Source: an uncultured bacterium (GTDB lineage Bacteria > Krumholzibacteriota > Krumholzibacteriia > LZORAL124-64-63). From it: DNA of 64,000 nt. Under the pieces are notes generated by a model, which made no database searches, was not told where the DNA came from, and saw only the letters and a program-made list of their open reading frames with translations. This document shows positions 37,997 through 46,398 of the stretch, one piece after another (position 1 is the stretch's first letter; every line of letters starts with the position of its first letter). Location of the stretch: the NCBI GenBank assembly GCA_963732385.1, contig CAVSZB010000008.1, forward strand, positions 403,012-467,011, given 5' to 3'. The position numbers and the translations under genes are program-made.

Positions 37997-39151
37997 TCAA
38001 TCTGCAAAGATGCCGCCCACATCGCCCACCGCGGCCAGTGGCACGACCTCGATCCGGTCCGCGAGGCGATAACGCTTGCTGCCTGGATAGACCACCACGA
38101 CCCGTTCGAGTTGCAGGTCATCCAGCGCGACGCGGATCGACGGGGTCACGCGCGGCGCGTCCGCGCGTTTGCATTCGACACCGAACAGCCGGTCGCCGCG
38201 GCGCAGGATCAGGTCGATCTCGGCGCCCTGATGCGTGGCCCAGAAGAAGGCCTCGTCGTGGAACTCGGTCATCAGGATCTGCTCGACCGCGAATCCTTCC
38301 CAGGAAGCGCCCAGCTTGGGGTGGTTGTGCAGGTCCTTGTCCGACGCGATCCCCAACAGCTGGTGCAGGATGCCGCAGTCGCGGACATAGACCTTCGGCG
38401 ATTTGACCTGGCGCTTGCCCAGGTTGGTACGCCATGGCTGCAACTGGCGGATCATCAGCGCGTCGGTCAACAGGTCCAGGTAGCGACGGCAGGTGGATTC
38501 GCTGACGCCGAGGGCCCGCGCAGGCTCGGCGGCGTTCCAGGTTTGACCGTGGTAGTGGGCGACCATGGTCCAGAAGCGCTGGAGTGCGGCAGCCGGGACG
38601 CGCACTCCCCACTGCGGGAAGTCACGTTCGAGCAGAGACTGGATGAATTGCCGGCGCCATGCCAGACTGTCCGCTTCGGTCCGTGCGAGATATGACACGG
38701 GAAAGCCGCCGCGCCGCCACAGGTCCGCCGCGGCCTCACCTCCGAGTTCGCGCAACGAGAAACCACCGATCGTGATCCGTTCCCGCCGCCCGGCCAGACT
38801 TTCCGAGCTCTGTCGTTCGAGTTTGCCGGAGGCGCTGCCCAGGATCAGGAAACGCGCCGGATTTGCACCCCGATCCGCCAGCACCCGCAACACCGGGAAG
38901 AGATCCGGCCGCCGCTGCACCTCATCAATGACGACCAGACCCCGCAGCGGCTGCAGCGTCGTCATCGGTTCCTCCAGCCGGGCCAGGCTGACGGGATCTT
39001 CGAGGTCGAAGTAATTGACGGATTGTTCGCTGAGCAGTTCGCGCGCGAGTGTGGTCTTGCCACACTGGCGCGGTCCGCTGAGGACCACGACGGGGTTGCG
39101 AACGAGGGCCGCCTCGATGGCGCCCAGAATAGCCGTCCGACGGATGATCAT
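37997..39151 (-). CDS. AAA+ ATPase (AAA_14 plus DUF4143)
   Basis: GPRQCGKTT, IDEVQ, LGSAS, ESLAGR, GGFP, KSPKVYVRDCG, EIDL..GVECK (PD-(D/E)xK-like). Confidence 0.9.
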   Translation of the reverse strand: MIIRRTAILGAIEAALVRNPVVVLSGPRQCGKTTLARELLSEQSVNYFDLEDPVSLARLEEPMTTLQPLRGLVVIDEVQRRPDLFPVLRVLADRGANPARFLILGSASGKLERQSSESLAGRRERITIGGFSLRELGGEAAADLWRRGGFPVSYLARTEADSLAWRRQFIQSLLERDFPQWGVRVPAAALQRFWTMVAHYHGQTWNAAEPARALGVSESTCRRYLDLLTDALMIRQLQPWRTNLGKRQVKSPKVYVRDCGILHQLLGIASDKDLHNHPKLGASWEGFAVEQILMTEFHDEAFFWATHQGAEIDLILRRGDRLFGVECKRADAPRVTPSIRVALDDLQLERVVVVYPGSKRYRLADRIEVVPLAAVGDVGGIFAD

Positions 39152-39160
39152 GAGGCCAAT

Positions 39161-39203
39161 ATACCATGAAAATCCGTCAAGAGATAGCGGAATTTCATGG
39201 TAT
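39161..39203. promoter_or_regulatory. 16-bp inverted repeat (probable operator) upstream of the AAA+ ATPase
   Basis: ATACCATGAAAATCCG-N11-CGGAATTTCATGGTAT, 15/16 match; overlaps an extended -10 (TGGTATATT) on the minus strand. Confidence 0.7.
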
Positions 39204-39326
39204 TTATCCGGTCACGAGTGCGCGCCGGATCAAGGTCGGCTCGTTTTTATCTTGCTGTGGAGCAAGTAGATAATAACGTCGGCGGGATCATTGCGCCGGC
39301 GCAAGCCGATGGACGGCTCCGGTTGA

Positions 39327-39878
39327 ACCGCCGGGCCGTTAGCAACTTGCGCCCGGCGCAATCGACCACCGCGACCTACTGCGGCCAGCTGCTGGGCACT
39401 GCTGCTGGCGCGGATCTACGAATGTCTCCCTTTGAGCTGCCCCAAATGCGGAAAACCAATGCGGATCATCGCGTTCGTGCTGGAGCGGCCGGTGATCAAG
39501 CGGATTCTCGAGCACATCGGCGAACTAACCAGGCCACCCGCAGTGCGACCCGCACGGCCGCCGCTCCAGAGGGAGTTCCAGTTCGACCAGACGCTCGGGC
39601 CCGACGGCTGGCCGGAGATGGACCAGACGGCGGGACTGGGCAACGGCTGGGACTGAACCCGCGAGCAGACCACACCAGAAGTGACCGCCGCCTGGTTGCA
39701 GAGTGGCGGATGGACCGGGATGTTTGCGAAGCCCGTCAACAGGGCGGCGGAACCTGGAATCGGCAGGTTCGGGGGTGGGAATCCTGGGGCGGTTTGACGA
39801 CGAGACGGGCGGCGTGGCACAATGAGATGGTTGGGAGAGGGCTGCGGTGGGGGGAATGTGCGATTGGATTTCCTATCC
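39327..39878 (+). mobile_element. ISCR/IS91-family rolling-circle transposase 3' remnant with oriIS-like end
   Basis: Frame reads CWALLLARIYECLPLSCPKCGKPMRIIAFV...IKRILEHIG...PARPP to the stop at 39656. GCGATTGGATTTCCTATCC at 39860-39878 resembles the ISCR oriIS end. Confidence 0.72.
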
Positions 39879-39918
39879 TCATCCGGATTTAACGAGAATT
39901 TTGAAAGGAGGAGCAGCT

Positions 39919-42405
39919 ATGAGCAGGCTATTAATAGCAGCGCCGTTCATCATTCTGTGCGCTTTGATCATTGCCGTGCCGTCCGTGTGGGCCTATTGGG
40001 TCCAGGATGGTATGACTATCTGCACGGCAACGGGGACGCAGCAGTATCCCACGATCACCTCCGATGGCGCGGGCGGCGCTATTGTCACATGGATTGACTA
40101 CCGCAGCGGATACGCTGACATCTATGCCCAGAGGGTGAATGTATCGGGTACTGTCCAGTGGACGACCAATGGCGTCGCCCTCTGCACGGCAACAGGGTAT
40201 CAGGAAAATCCCACCATCACCTCCGATGGCGCGGGCGGCGCCATTGTCACGTGGCAAGACTTCCGCAGCGGAAACCTTGACATCTATGCCCAGAGGGTGA
40301 ATGCCTCGGGTACTGTCCAGTGGACGACCAATGGCGTCGCCCTCTGCACGGCAACGGAGTATCAGCACAATCCCACCATCACCTCCGATGGCGCGGGCGG
40401 CGCCATTGTCACGTGGTATGACGTACGCAGCGGAGACTGGGACATCTATGCCCAGAGGGTGAATGCCTCGGGGGCTGTCCAGTGGACGACCAATGGCGTC
40501 GCCCTCTGCACGGCAACGGGGCATCAGATAAATCCCACCATCACTTCCGATGGCGCGGGCGGCGCCATAGTCACGTGGAGTGACTACCGCAGCGGATACG
40601 GCGACATCTATGCCCAGAGGGTGAATGCCTTGGGGGCTGCCCAGTGGACGACCAATGGCGTCGCCCTCTGCACGGCAACGGATGATCAGTATGCCCCCCA
40701 GATCACATCCGATGGGGCGGGCGGGGCGATTGTAACATGGACTGACTACCGCAGCGGAAACCTTGACATCTGTGCCCAGAGGGTGAATGCCTCGGGTACT
40801 GTCCAGTGGACGAGAGATGGCATCGCCCTCTGCACGGCAACGGGGACTCAGCAGTATCCCACGATTACCTCCGATGGCGAGGGCGGCGCCATTGTCACGT
40901 GGAATGACTACCGCAGCGGAACCTCTGACATCTATGCCCAGAGGGTGAATGCCTTGGGGGCTGTTCATTGGACGAAATATGGCGTCGCCCTCTGCACGGC
41001 AACGGGGTCTCAGGCGCATCCCACGATCACCTCCGATGGCGCGGGCGGTGCCATTGTCACGTGGTATGACTCCCGCAGCGGTGCCAATGACATCTATGCC
41101 CAGAGGGTGAATGCCTCGGGTACTGTCCGATGGACCACCAATGGCGTCGCCCTCTGCACGGCAACGGGGTATCAGGAAAATCCCACCATCACCTCCGATG
41201 GTGCGGGCGGCGCCATTGTCACGTGGTGGGACACCCGCAGCGGAGACTGGGACATCTATGCCCAGTCCATTGACGCCAAAGGCAGAGCCGGCTTCCTCGG
41301 CCCCAATATCTACTCCATCCGGGATGTGCCCGGTGACCAGGGCGGTCTAGTGAGAATCACCATCGAACGATCGAAACTCGATGACGCGCTGGAAAATGCC
41401 TTTCCGGTTTCAACGTACAACATCTGGCAGCGTATCGACGATGCGGCCCTGCTCGCCCTGGTAGCTCAGGGCAGCGCTGATGCGGCGCCCGGTGCGTGGA
41501 TGGACAAGGCGTCCCTGGAACCTTCGGTGGATGCATCAAGCGTTTCGGGCTGGCCTTTGACGGAATTAGGCGACCGGTACTTCGTGCCATCGACAGAGAT
41601 GCTCGAGGCTGTGGCATTCCCTCCGGGCATATGGGAGCTGCTCGGGAGCTTCGCCGCATGCCAGCAGGATCAGTATATCTACCGCGCGAGCACGCTGGCC
41701 GATTCGACGGCGAGCGGCATTCCATACTCGGTGTACATGGTGAGCGCCCACACAACCACTCCATCATTATGGTTCATGAGCGATCCCGACAGCGGATACT
41801 CGGTGGATAATATTCCACCCGAGCCGCCGGAAGGTCTCGTGGCGGAACAAAGCTACATGCCCACAGGGCTCGAGCTCTCGTGGAACGTCAATGCCGCAAA
41901 TGATCTCTCGCATTATGTCATCTATCGTGACCTAAGTGAGGGTTTCGTGCCGACGCCTGAGAACCGGGTGGCGACGCCGATCGAGCCGGAGTGGTTCGAC
42001 GAATCATGGAGTTGGAGCGGCGGCTACTACTACAAGGTCTCCGCGCTCGATGTGCATGGAAACGAAAGCGGCTTCGCGCTGCTCGCGCCCGACGCCATAA
42101 CGGGCATCGACACACCGAATTCGCCCGCGGCGAGCTATTTGGCGCAGAACTACCCGAACCCGTTCAATCCGACGACGCGGATCGCCTTCGGGCTCTCGGA
42201 GCCGGCTCACGTGTCGCTGAGAATCTACGACGCCGCCGGAAGGCTCGTGAGAGCGCTCGTCGAGAGCGACCGGCCGGCCGGCAACTTCACCGAGCTCTGG
42301 AACGGCCGCGACTCGAACGGCCGTTCGGTTGCGAGCGGGAACTACTTCTGCCGGCTGGAAACCGCCGGCGGCCGTCTGACGCGGCAATTGTCGCTCGTGA
42401 AGTGA
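39919..42405 (+). CDS. Secreted repeat protein (probable 8-bladed beta-propeller) with Fn3-like and C-terminal FlgD-Ig domains
   Basis: AAGGAGGAG RBS, signal peptide, eight 54-aa repeats, DNIPPEPP/YYKVSALD Fn3-like segment, QNYPNPFNPTT...WNGRD...VASGNY. Confidence 0.85.
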   Translation: MSRLLIAAPFIILCALIIAVPSVWAYWVQDGMTICTATGTQQYPTITSDGAGGAIVTWIDYRSGYADIYAQRVNVSGTVQWTTNGVALCTATGYQENPTITSDGAGGAIVTWQDFRSGNLDIYAQRVNASGTVQWTTNGVALCTATEYQHNPTITSDGAGGAIVTWYDVRSGDWDIYAQRVNASGAVQWTTNGVALCTATGHQINPTITSDGAGGAIVTWSDYRSGYGDIYAQRVNALGAAQWTTNGVALCTATDDQYAPQITSDGAGGAIVTWTDYRSGNLDICAQRVNASGTVQWTRDGIALCTATGTQQYPTITSDGEGGAIVTWNDYRSGTSDIYAQRVNALGAVHWTKYGVALCTATGSQAHPTITSDGAGGAIVTWYDSRSGANDIYAQRVNASGTVRWTTNGVALCTATGYQENPTITSDGAGGAIVTWWDTRSGDWDIYAQSIDAKGRAGFLGPNIYSIRDVPGDQGGLVRITIERSKLDDALENAFPVSTYNIWQRIDDAALLALVAQGSADAAPGAWMDKASLEPSVDASSVSGWPLTELGDRYFVPSTEMLEAVAFPPGIWELLGSFAACQQDQYIYRASTLADSTASGIPYSVYMVSAHTTTPSLWFMSDPDSGYSVDNIPPEPPEGLVAEQSYMPTGLELSWNVNAANDLSHYVIYRDLSEGFVPTPENRVATPIEPEWFDESWSWSGGYYYKVSALDVHGNESGFALLAPDAITGIDTPNSPAASYLAQNYPNPFNPTTRIAFGLSEPAHVSLRIYDAAGRLVRALVESDRPAGNFTELWNGRDSNGRSVASGNYFCRLETAGGRLTRQLSLVK
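40021..41265 (+). repeat. Intragenic tandem repeat, 162-bp unit, 8 copies (last incomplete)
   Basis: TGCACGGCAAC starts at 40021, 40183, 40345, 40507, 40669, 40831, 40993 and 41155. Confidence 0.97.
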
Positions 42406-42442
42406 TTGGGAGCGGCTAGGCGACTGAGAACGTGCTTCTGCG

Positions 42443-42477
42443 GAGACTCCGGCCGGCAACGGCCGGGGTCTCTTCTT
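42443..42477 (+). terminator. Intrinsic terminator after the repeat-protein gene
   Basis: GAGACTCCGGCCG-GCAA-CGGCCGGGGTCTC stem with GNRA loop, followed by TTCTT. Confidence 0.75.
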
Positions 42478-42719
42478 GTGATGGGAGGGAAGAGGCTTCG
42501 TCGACGGTCGATCCGGCGTTTGCTCCCTCGTTGCGCCTGGATCAGGCGATTGCCTACGTATCGCTCGCAAACCTGCTGGAACTGAAGGTTTAGCAAATTG
42601 ATTATAATTTTCACTCCGTCCTATTTCCTGTCTGGTATCATTCATGATATGGCGCCGGTTCGGCGCACACGCATTCGCCCATGAATTGTCTGCCGGCCTA
42701 CTGGAGGAGGTCTCCCATC

Positions 42720-44390
42720 ATGCGTCGCCACATCCTGATTCCGGCCACGGTCCTACTGGTGCTCGGGCTTGCGGTGAGCCTGTCCGCCAAGGTTCCCCTC
42801 GCCCCGATTGGAAATGCCGCCGAGCTCTGCTGCGAGCCGGGCACAGAAGGGTTCACGCCCTGTCCCGTCCGGCAGGCGCGTCTGATCGAAAGTCTGCCCC
42901 GGTATCTCAAATCGCAGGAGGTCCGGGCGGCCGAGGCGGTCGCCGGCGGGCATGCCTGCCCCACGGCCGACCAGTGGTGGGACGAGTTCCTCGCCGTGCG
43001 TGACGCCGACTCCATATGCGATCAGCCCCAGACCTGGACCGTCCTGTTCTACGACGACGCCGATTTTCCCAACGCCTACGATCCGTTCATGGATTTCAAT
43101 AGCGGCGCCTATTCGGCTCCCAACCTGAACGTCCTCATCCTCCGGGATTCCAAGAACAAGGAGGCCGGCCTGTATTCGGTCAACGAGCACGGCGGGGCCA
43201 CACTGCTGGAGGAGTGGGGAGAGGTGAACATGGGTGGTGCGGCCACGCTGCGGGACTTCGTGGCCTACGGGAAAGCCCACTTCCCCGCGGATCGGTATCT
43301 GCTGGCCGTCTACGACCACGGGGCCGGATATTATGGCTCCTGCCTCGACATTACCAACAGCGGCTGGCTGCTGATGAACGATATGCGGACGGCTCTGACC
43401 GAGGCAGGCGGAGTCGATATCCTGGCATTCACCGCGCCCTGCCTGATGGGCGCCGTGGAGTCGGCCTACGAGCTGCGCGAATGCGTGGGAGTGTACATCG
43501 GCTCCGAGGACCTCAGCGGCTACGTCATTTGGGGCAAGCTAGAAGGCCCCATCTGCGGTCTGCTTAATGATTCGGTAGGCCTGACCACCGAGGAGATCGC
43601 CGCCCAGATCGTGCGGATGGTGGGGGAATACGACCCCTCCAGAGATAGCTGGCTGACCCTCAGCGCGGTCGCGACCTCGGCCCTGGACCGCCTGGTGCAG
43701 GACTTTGACGTGGTTTGCCGGTACCTCCAGGCGAACCTCGGTCAGTTTGCCGGCGAATTGGCCCAGGCGCACGAACAGGTCTGGGCCATGGGTTATAGCG
43801 GGCTTTATCAAACCCCTGAGGTCGATCTCTACGATTTGGCCGAACAGTTAGCTGCGGTCTCGACCGACCCCAGTCTGCTGCTGAATCTGCAGGCCCTGCA
43901 GGTTGCCATGGACCAGGCGGTCATCGCCGAGGTGCACGGCCCGCTGCAGCTGCGGACGCACGGGCTGTCGCTCTATTTCCCCGCCACCGTGGCGGAAAAC
44001 ACACCCTACTATCTTCTGGTGCCGTTGGATTTCACCGCAGACACGCAATGGGACGAGTTGCTGGCGGATTATCTTAACTATGCGGCCAAGTCCGCTGCCG
44101 AGCCCACGGCCGAGCCGGGCCTGGCCCTGAACGTCTGGTCCGATCCCGACGGGCAGGGAACCCGGATCGAATTCGCCCTGCCGACGGCCGGCCCGGTGAT
44201 GCTGCGCGTGTACGACCTGAGGGGCCGGAGCATCCGCACTTATTCCAGCGGGTCTATGGCCCCGGGGGTCCACACCCTTCGCTGGGACGGTCGCAGCGAC
44301 CGCGGTCGGAACCAGCCCTCGGGGGTCTACCTCTTCGCGCTGGAGGCCGCAGGTCGGCAAGTGACCGGCAGGGCCGACCTGGTGCGATAG
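42720..44390 (+). CDS. Clostripain-like (C11) cysteine peptidase with C-terminal FlgD-Ig domain
   Basis: GGAGGAGG RBS, signal peptide, WTVLFY, EVNMG, YDHGAG (His), FTAPCLMG (Cys), GSED, GLSLYFP; WDGRS...PSGVY. Confidence 0.82.
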   Translation: MRRHILIPATVLLVLGLAVSLSAKVPLAPIGNAAELCCEPGTEGFTPCPVRQARLIESLPRYLKSQEVRAAEAVAGGHACPTADQWWDEFLAVRDADSICDQPQTWTVLFYDDADFPNAYDPFMDFNSGAYSAPNLNVLILRDSKNKEAGLYSVNEHGGATLLEEWGEVNMGGAATLRDFVAYGKAHFPADRYLLAVYDHGAGYYGSCLDITNSGWLLMNDMRTALTEAGGVDILAFTAPCLMGAVESAYELRECVGVYIGSEDLSGYVIWGKLEGPICGLLNDSVGLTTEEIAAQIVRMVGEYDPSRDSWLTLSAVATSALDRLVQDFDVVCRYLQANLGQFAGELAQAHEQVWAMGYSGLYQTPEVDLYDLAEQLAAVSTDPSLLLNLQALQVAMDQAVIAEVHGPLQLRTHGLSLYFPATVAENTPYYLLVPLDFTADTQWDELLADYLNYAAKSAAEPTAEPGLALNVWSDPDGQGTRIEFALPTAGPVMLRVYDLRGRSIRTYSSGSMAPGVHTLRWDGRSDRGRNQPSGVYLFALEAAGRQVTGRADLVR

Positions 44391-44418
44391 CAATATCTGG
44401 GACCGGCCGTCGGTCCCT

Positions 44419-44469
44419 TGACCCCCAAAAAGAACTCCCGCCCTGCGGGAGTTCTTTTCGTAGGGGTCA
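44419..44469. terminator. Long bidirectional terminator hairpin
   Basis: AAAAGAACTCCCGC-CCT-GCGGGAGTTCTTTT perfect 14-bp stem, extended by TGACCCC/GGGGTCA. Confidence 0.85.
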
Positions 44470-44477
44470 GGCGGGGA

Positions 44478-44540
44478 CTACTTCACCAGGATCCCTTCGA
44501 TCTCGAGCATGAGCTGGACGGTGTCGTCGACGACCAGGCC
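44478..44540 (-). pseudogene. 3' remnant resembling the C-terminus of a YceI-family protein
   Basis: GLVVDDTVQLMLEIEGILVK-stop in host-like GC3-rich codons, ending at the terminator; the upstream part is missing. Confidence 0.45.
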
Positions 44541-44755
44541 ACTTCTGGCTCGCACCTGGCCTGCCCACTTCGCAATCAGAAGATGCTCCAGCGCGTGCAG
44601 GAACTCGACGATCCCCGGTACGATCATCTCCGCGATCAGGTCCCGGCCGACGGCCCCCGCCACTGAGCCTGCCGGCTTGTGCCGCGGTCGCCGGTCGCGC
44701 ATCATCGAGGCGTGATGGCGGGAACCGACAGCGGTCATCGTCGTTAAGAGGCTTG

Positions 44756-45329
44756 ATGTCCCGTCAGGGTTCTCCCGGGTTGCTGCCCGCCGCGTTCGGG
44801 CTGGCGCTCGCCTGCATCGTCGCGATCTTCCTGCTGGTGCCGCGCGCCTGGGTGGCGTGGTGGCTTGCTCCCTATGCGCAGCGGTCGGCACGGGACGGCG
44901 GCGGGCGGCGCGGGGCGCTCGAGTTGGTGCCGCCGCCGGAGTTTCCGGCCGACGTCGTCGCCGCGATCGCCGATTCGTCGCGCGGGCCGGAAGTCGTCGC
45001 GCCGGTCACGCTCGGTCCGGCGGAGCTCCTGTGGCGCGAGGCGTGGGCGGAGTATCCGCGCGGCGGACGCGCGCCGGCTGCCGGGCGGCCTCGGCGAGGA
45101 CAGCCTGCGCGTGCTCACGCGGCGGTTGCTCGCGGCGCGGCCCGCTGATCTGTTGAGGGCGCCCGCGGACACGTCGCGCGCCGCCCGGCTCGCCTTCCTG
45201 CGCGCCTTCTACGGGGAGGAACTGCTGCGGCGGCTGCCGCAACTCGAAGCGGCAATCCACGGCCGGCGGGCGGCGGAGGTCATCGAGCGGGAGATCGATC
45301 TCTTCGGCGAGCAGACGCTGCGGCGCTGA
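44756..45329 (+). pseudogene. Frameshifted hypothetical membrane-anchored protein
   Basis: ORF with N-terminal TM (start 44756) continues in another frame near 45045; removing one G from TGGGCGG joins WREAW to RSIRAADARRL...EIDLFGEQTLRR. Confidence 0.5.
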
Positions 45330-45335
45330 GCCGGT

Positions 45336-46169
45336 TCAGTCGCGGTCCTTCCAGTACTCCTCCACGAACAGTTGCCCCGGTTCCTTGCGGCTGTGCTTGC
45401 GGAACTGGCGGGGCGCAAGCAGCTCCTCCATGCCGGCGATCATCAGCGGATTGCCGCACAGGAAGACCGCGGTGTCGGTCGGCGCAACCGGGTGGTTGAG
45501 CAGGCGCTCCACGGTGCCGTTGTTGAAGAACTCGTAGACCAGACCGACCGGACCGGTCCAGGCCGGCTCGCGATGCGGGTCGCTGATGATCGTGAGGTAG
45601 TGGAAGTCGGGCCAGCGGGCCGCCAGCGCCTCCAGTTCGTTCCGGTAGCCGAGGTCCCACGAGTTGCGCGCGGCGTGGATGACCACTGTGCGTCGCGCGG
45701 TGAAATCGTAGCCCGATCGCAGCATCGAGATGAAAGGCGCCAGCCCGGTGCCGGTGGCGATGAGCACGATGTCGCTCTGTGGCGGCGCCTCCTCGAGCGT
45801 GAACATGCCGACGATCTTCGAGCCGAGAAAGAGGCGGTCGCCCGTGTTCAGGGCGAACAGCCGCGGCGTCATGGCGCCGGAGCGCACCAGCGCCACGAAG
45901 AACTCGAGGAACTCGCCCTGCCGGCTCGACGACGAGATCGAATAGGCCCGCTTGATCAACTTGTCGGGCGCGGTCGCCTCGCCGTTCTCTTCGGCCGGAA
46001 GATCGGCGTCGGCCAGAGCGCTGCGCGGGGCGGAGCGCGGCAGCCCGAGCACGGCGTACTGTCCCGGCTTGAACGGCGCCGGAGGCACATCGGGCTGGAC
46101 CCTGATGATGAGCAGACCGTGGTGGAGGTCGCTCCGGGCGGTCAGCGTGGCGTTCAGTTCGGCGGTCAT
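45336..46169 (-). CDS. fpr: Ferredoxin--NADP(+) reductase, bacterial type
   Basis: FKPGQY, RAYSISS, ATGTGLAPF, LCGNP, FVEEYW. Confidence 0.92.
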   Translation of the reverse strand: MTAELNATLTARSDLHHGLLIIRVQPDVPPAPFKPGQYAVLGLPRSAPRSALADADLPAEENGEATAPDKLIKRAYSISSSSRQGEFLEFFVALVRSGAMTPRLFALNTGDRLFLGSKIVGMFTLEEAPPQSDIVLIATGTGLAPFISMLRSGYDFTARRTVVIHAARNSWDLGYRNELEALAARWPDFHYLTIISDPHREPAWTGPVGLVYEFFNNGTVERLLNHPVAPTDTAVFLCGNPLMIAGMEELLAPRQFRKHSRKEPGQLFVEEYWKDRD

Positions 46170-46365
46170 GCGGTTCCTTGCTCTGGCGGAGTCGCCGGCG
46201 GCCCCCGTGGCGGCCGGCCCCGTCGGCCCAAAGCAACACGACCGGGAGCTGTTGTCCAGCGGCAACTTGGCGGCCGGTTCTCGATTCGCCTGTGGCGCGC
46301 GGCGACAATACTTGGGCAACTTTTTGAAAATAAGTGATTTAGCTGAACAGAGAAATATTCCTCCG

Positions 46366-46398
46366 TAATCTTGACAAAAACTGTCAGGTTATTACCAT
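46366..46398 (+). promoter_or_regulatory. Sigma70 promoter with overlapping IscR/Rrf2-type palindrome upstream of sod-suf
   Basis: TTGACA (46371), 16-bp spacer, TACCAT (46393); CTTGACA-AAAAC-TGTCAGG inverted repeat. Confidence 0.65.

Noticed and set aside
40021..41265. 162-bp repeats as a CRISPR array or DGR target
   Set aside because: The repeats are in-frame coding units without unique spacers; no cas genes, reverse transcriptase or separate template repeat occur in the window.
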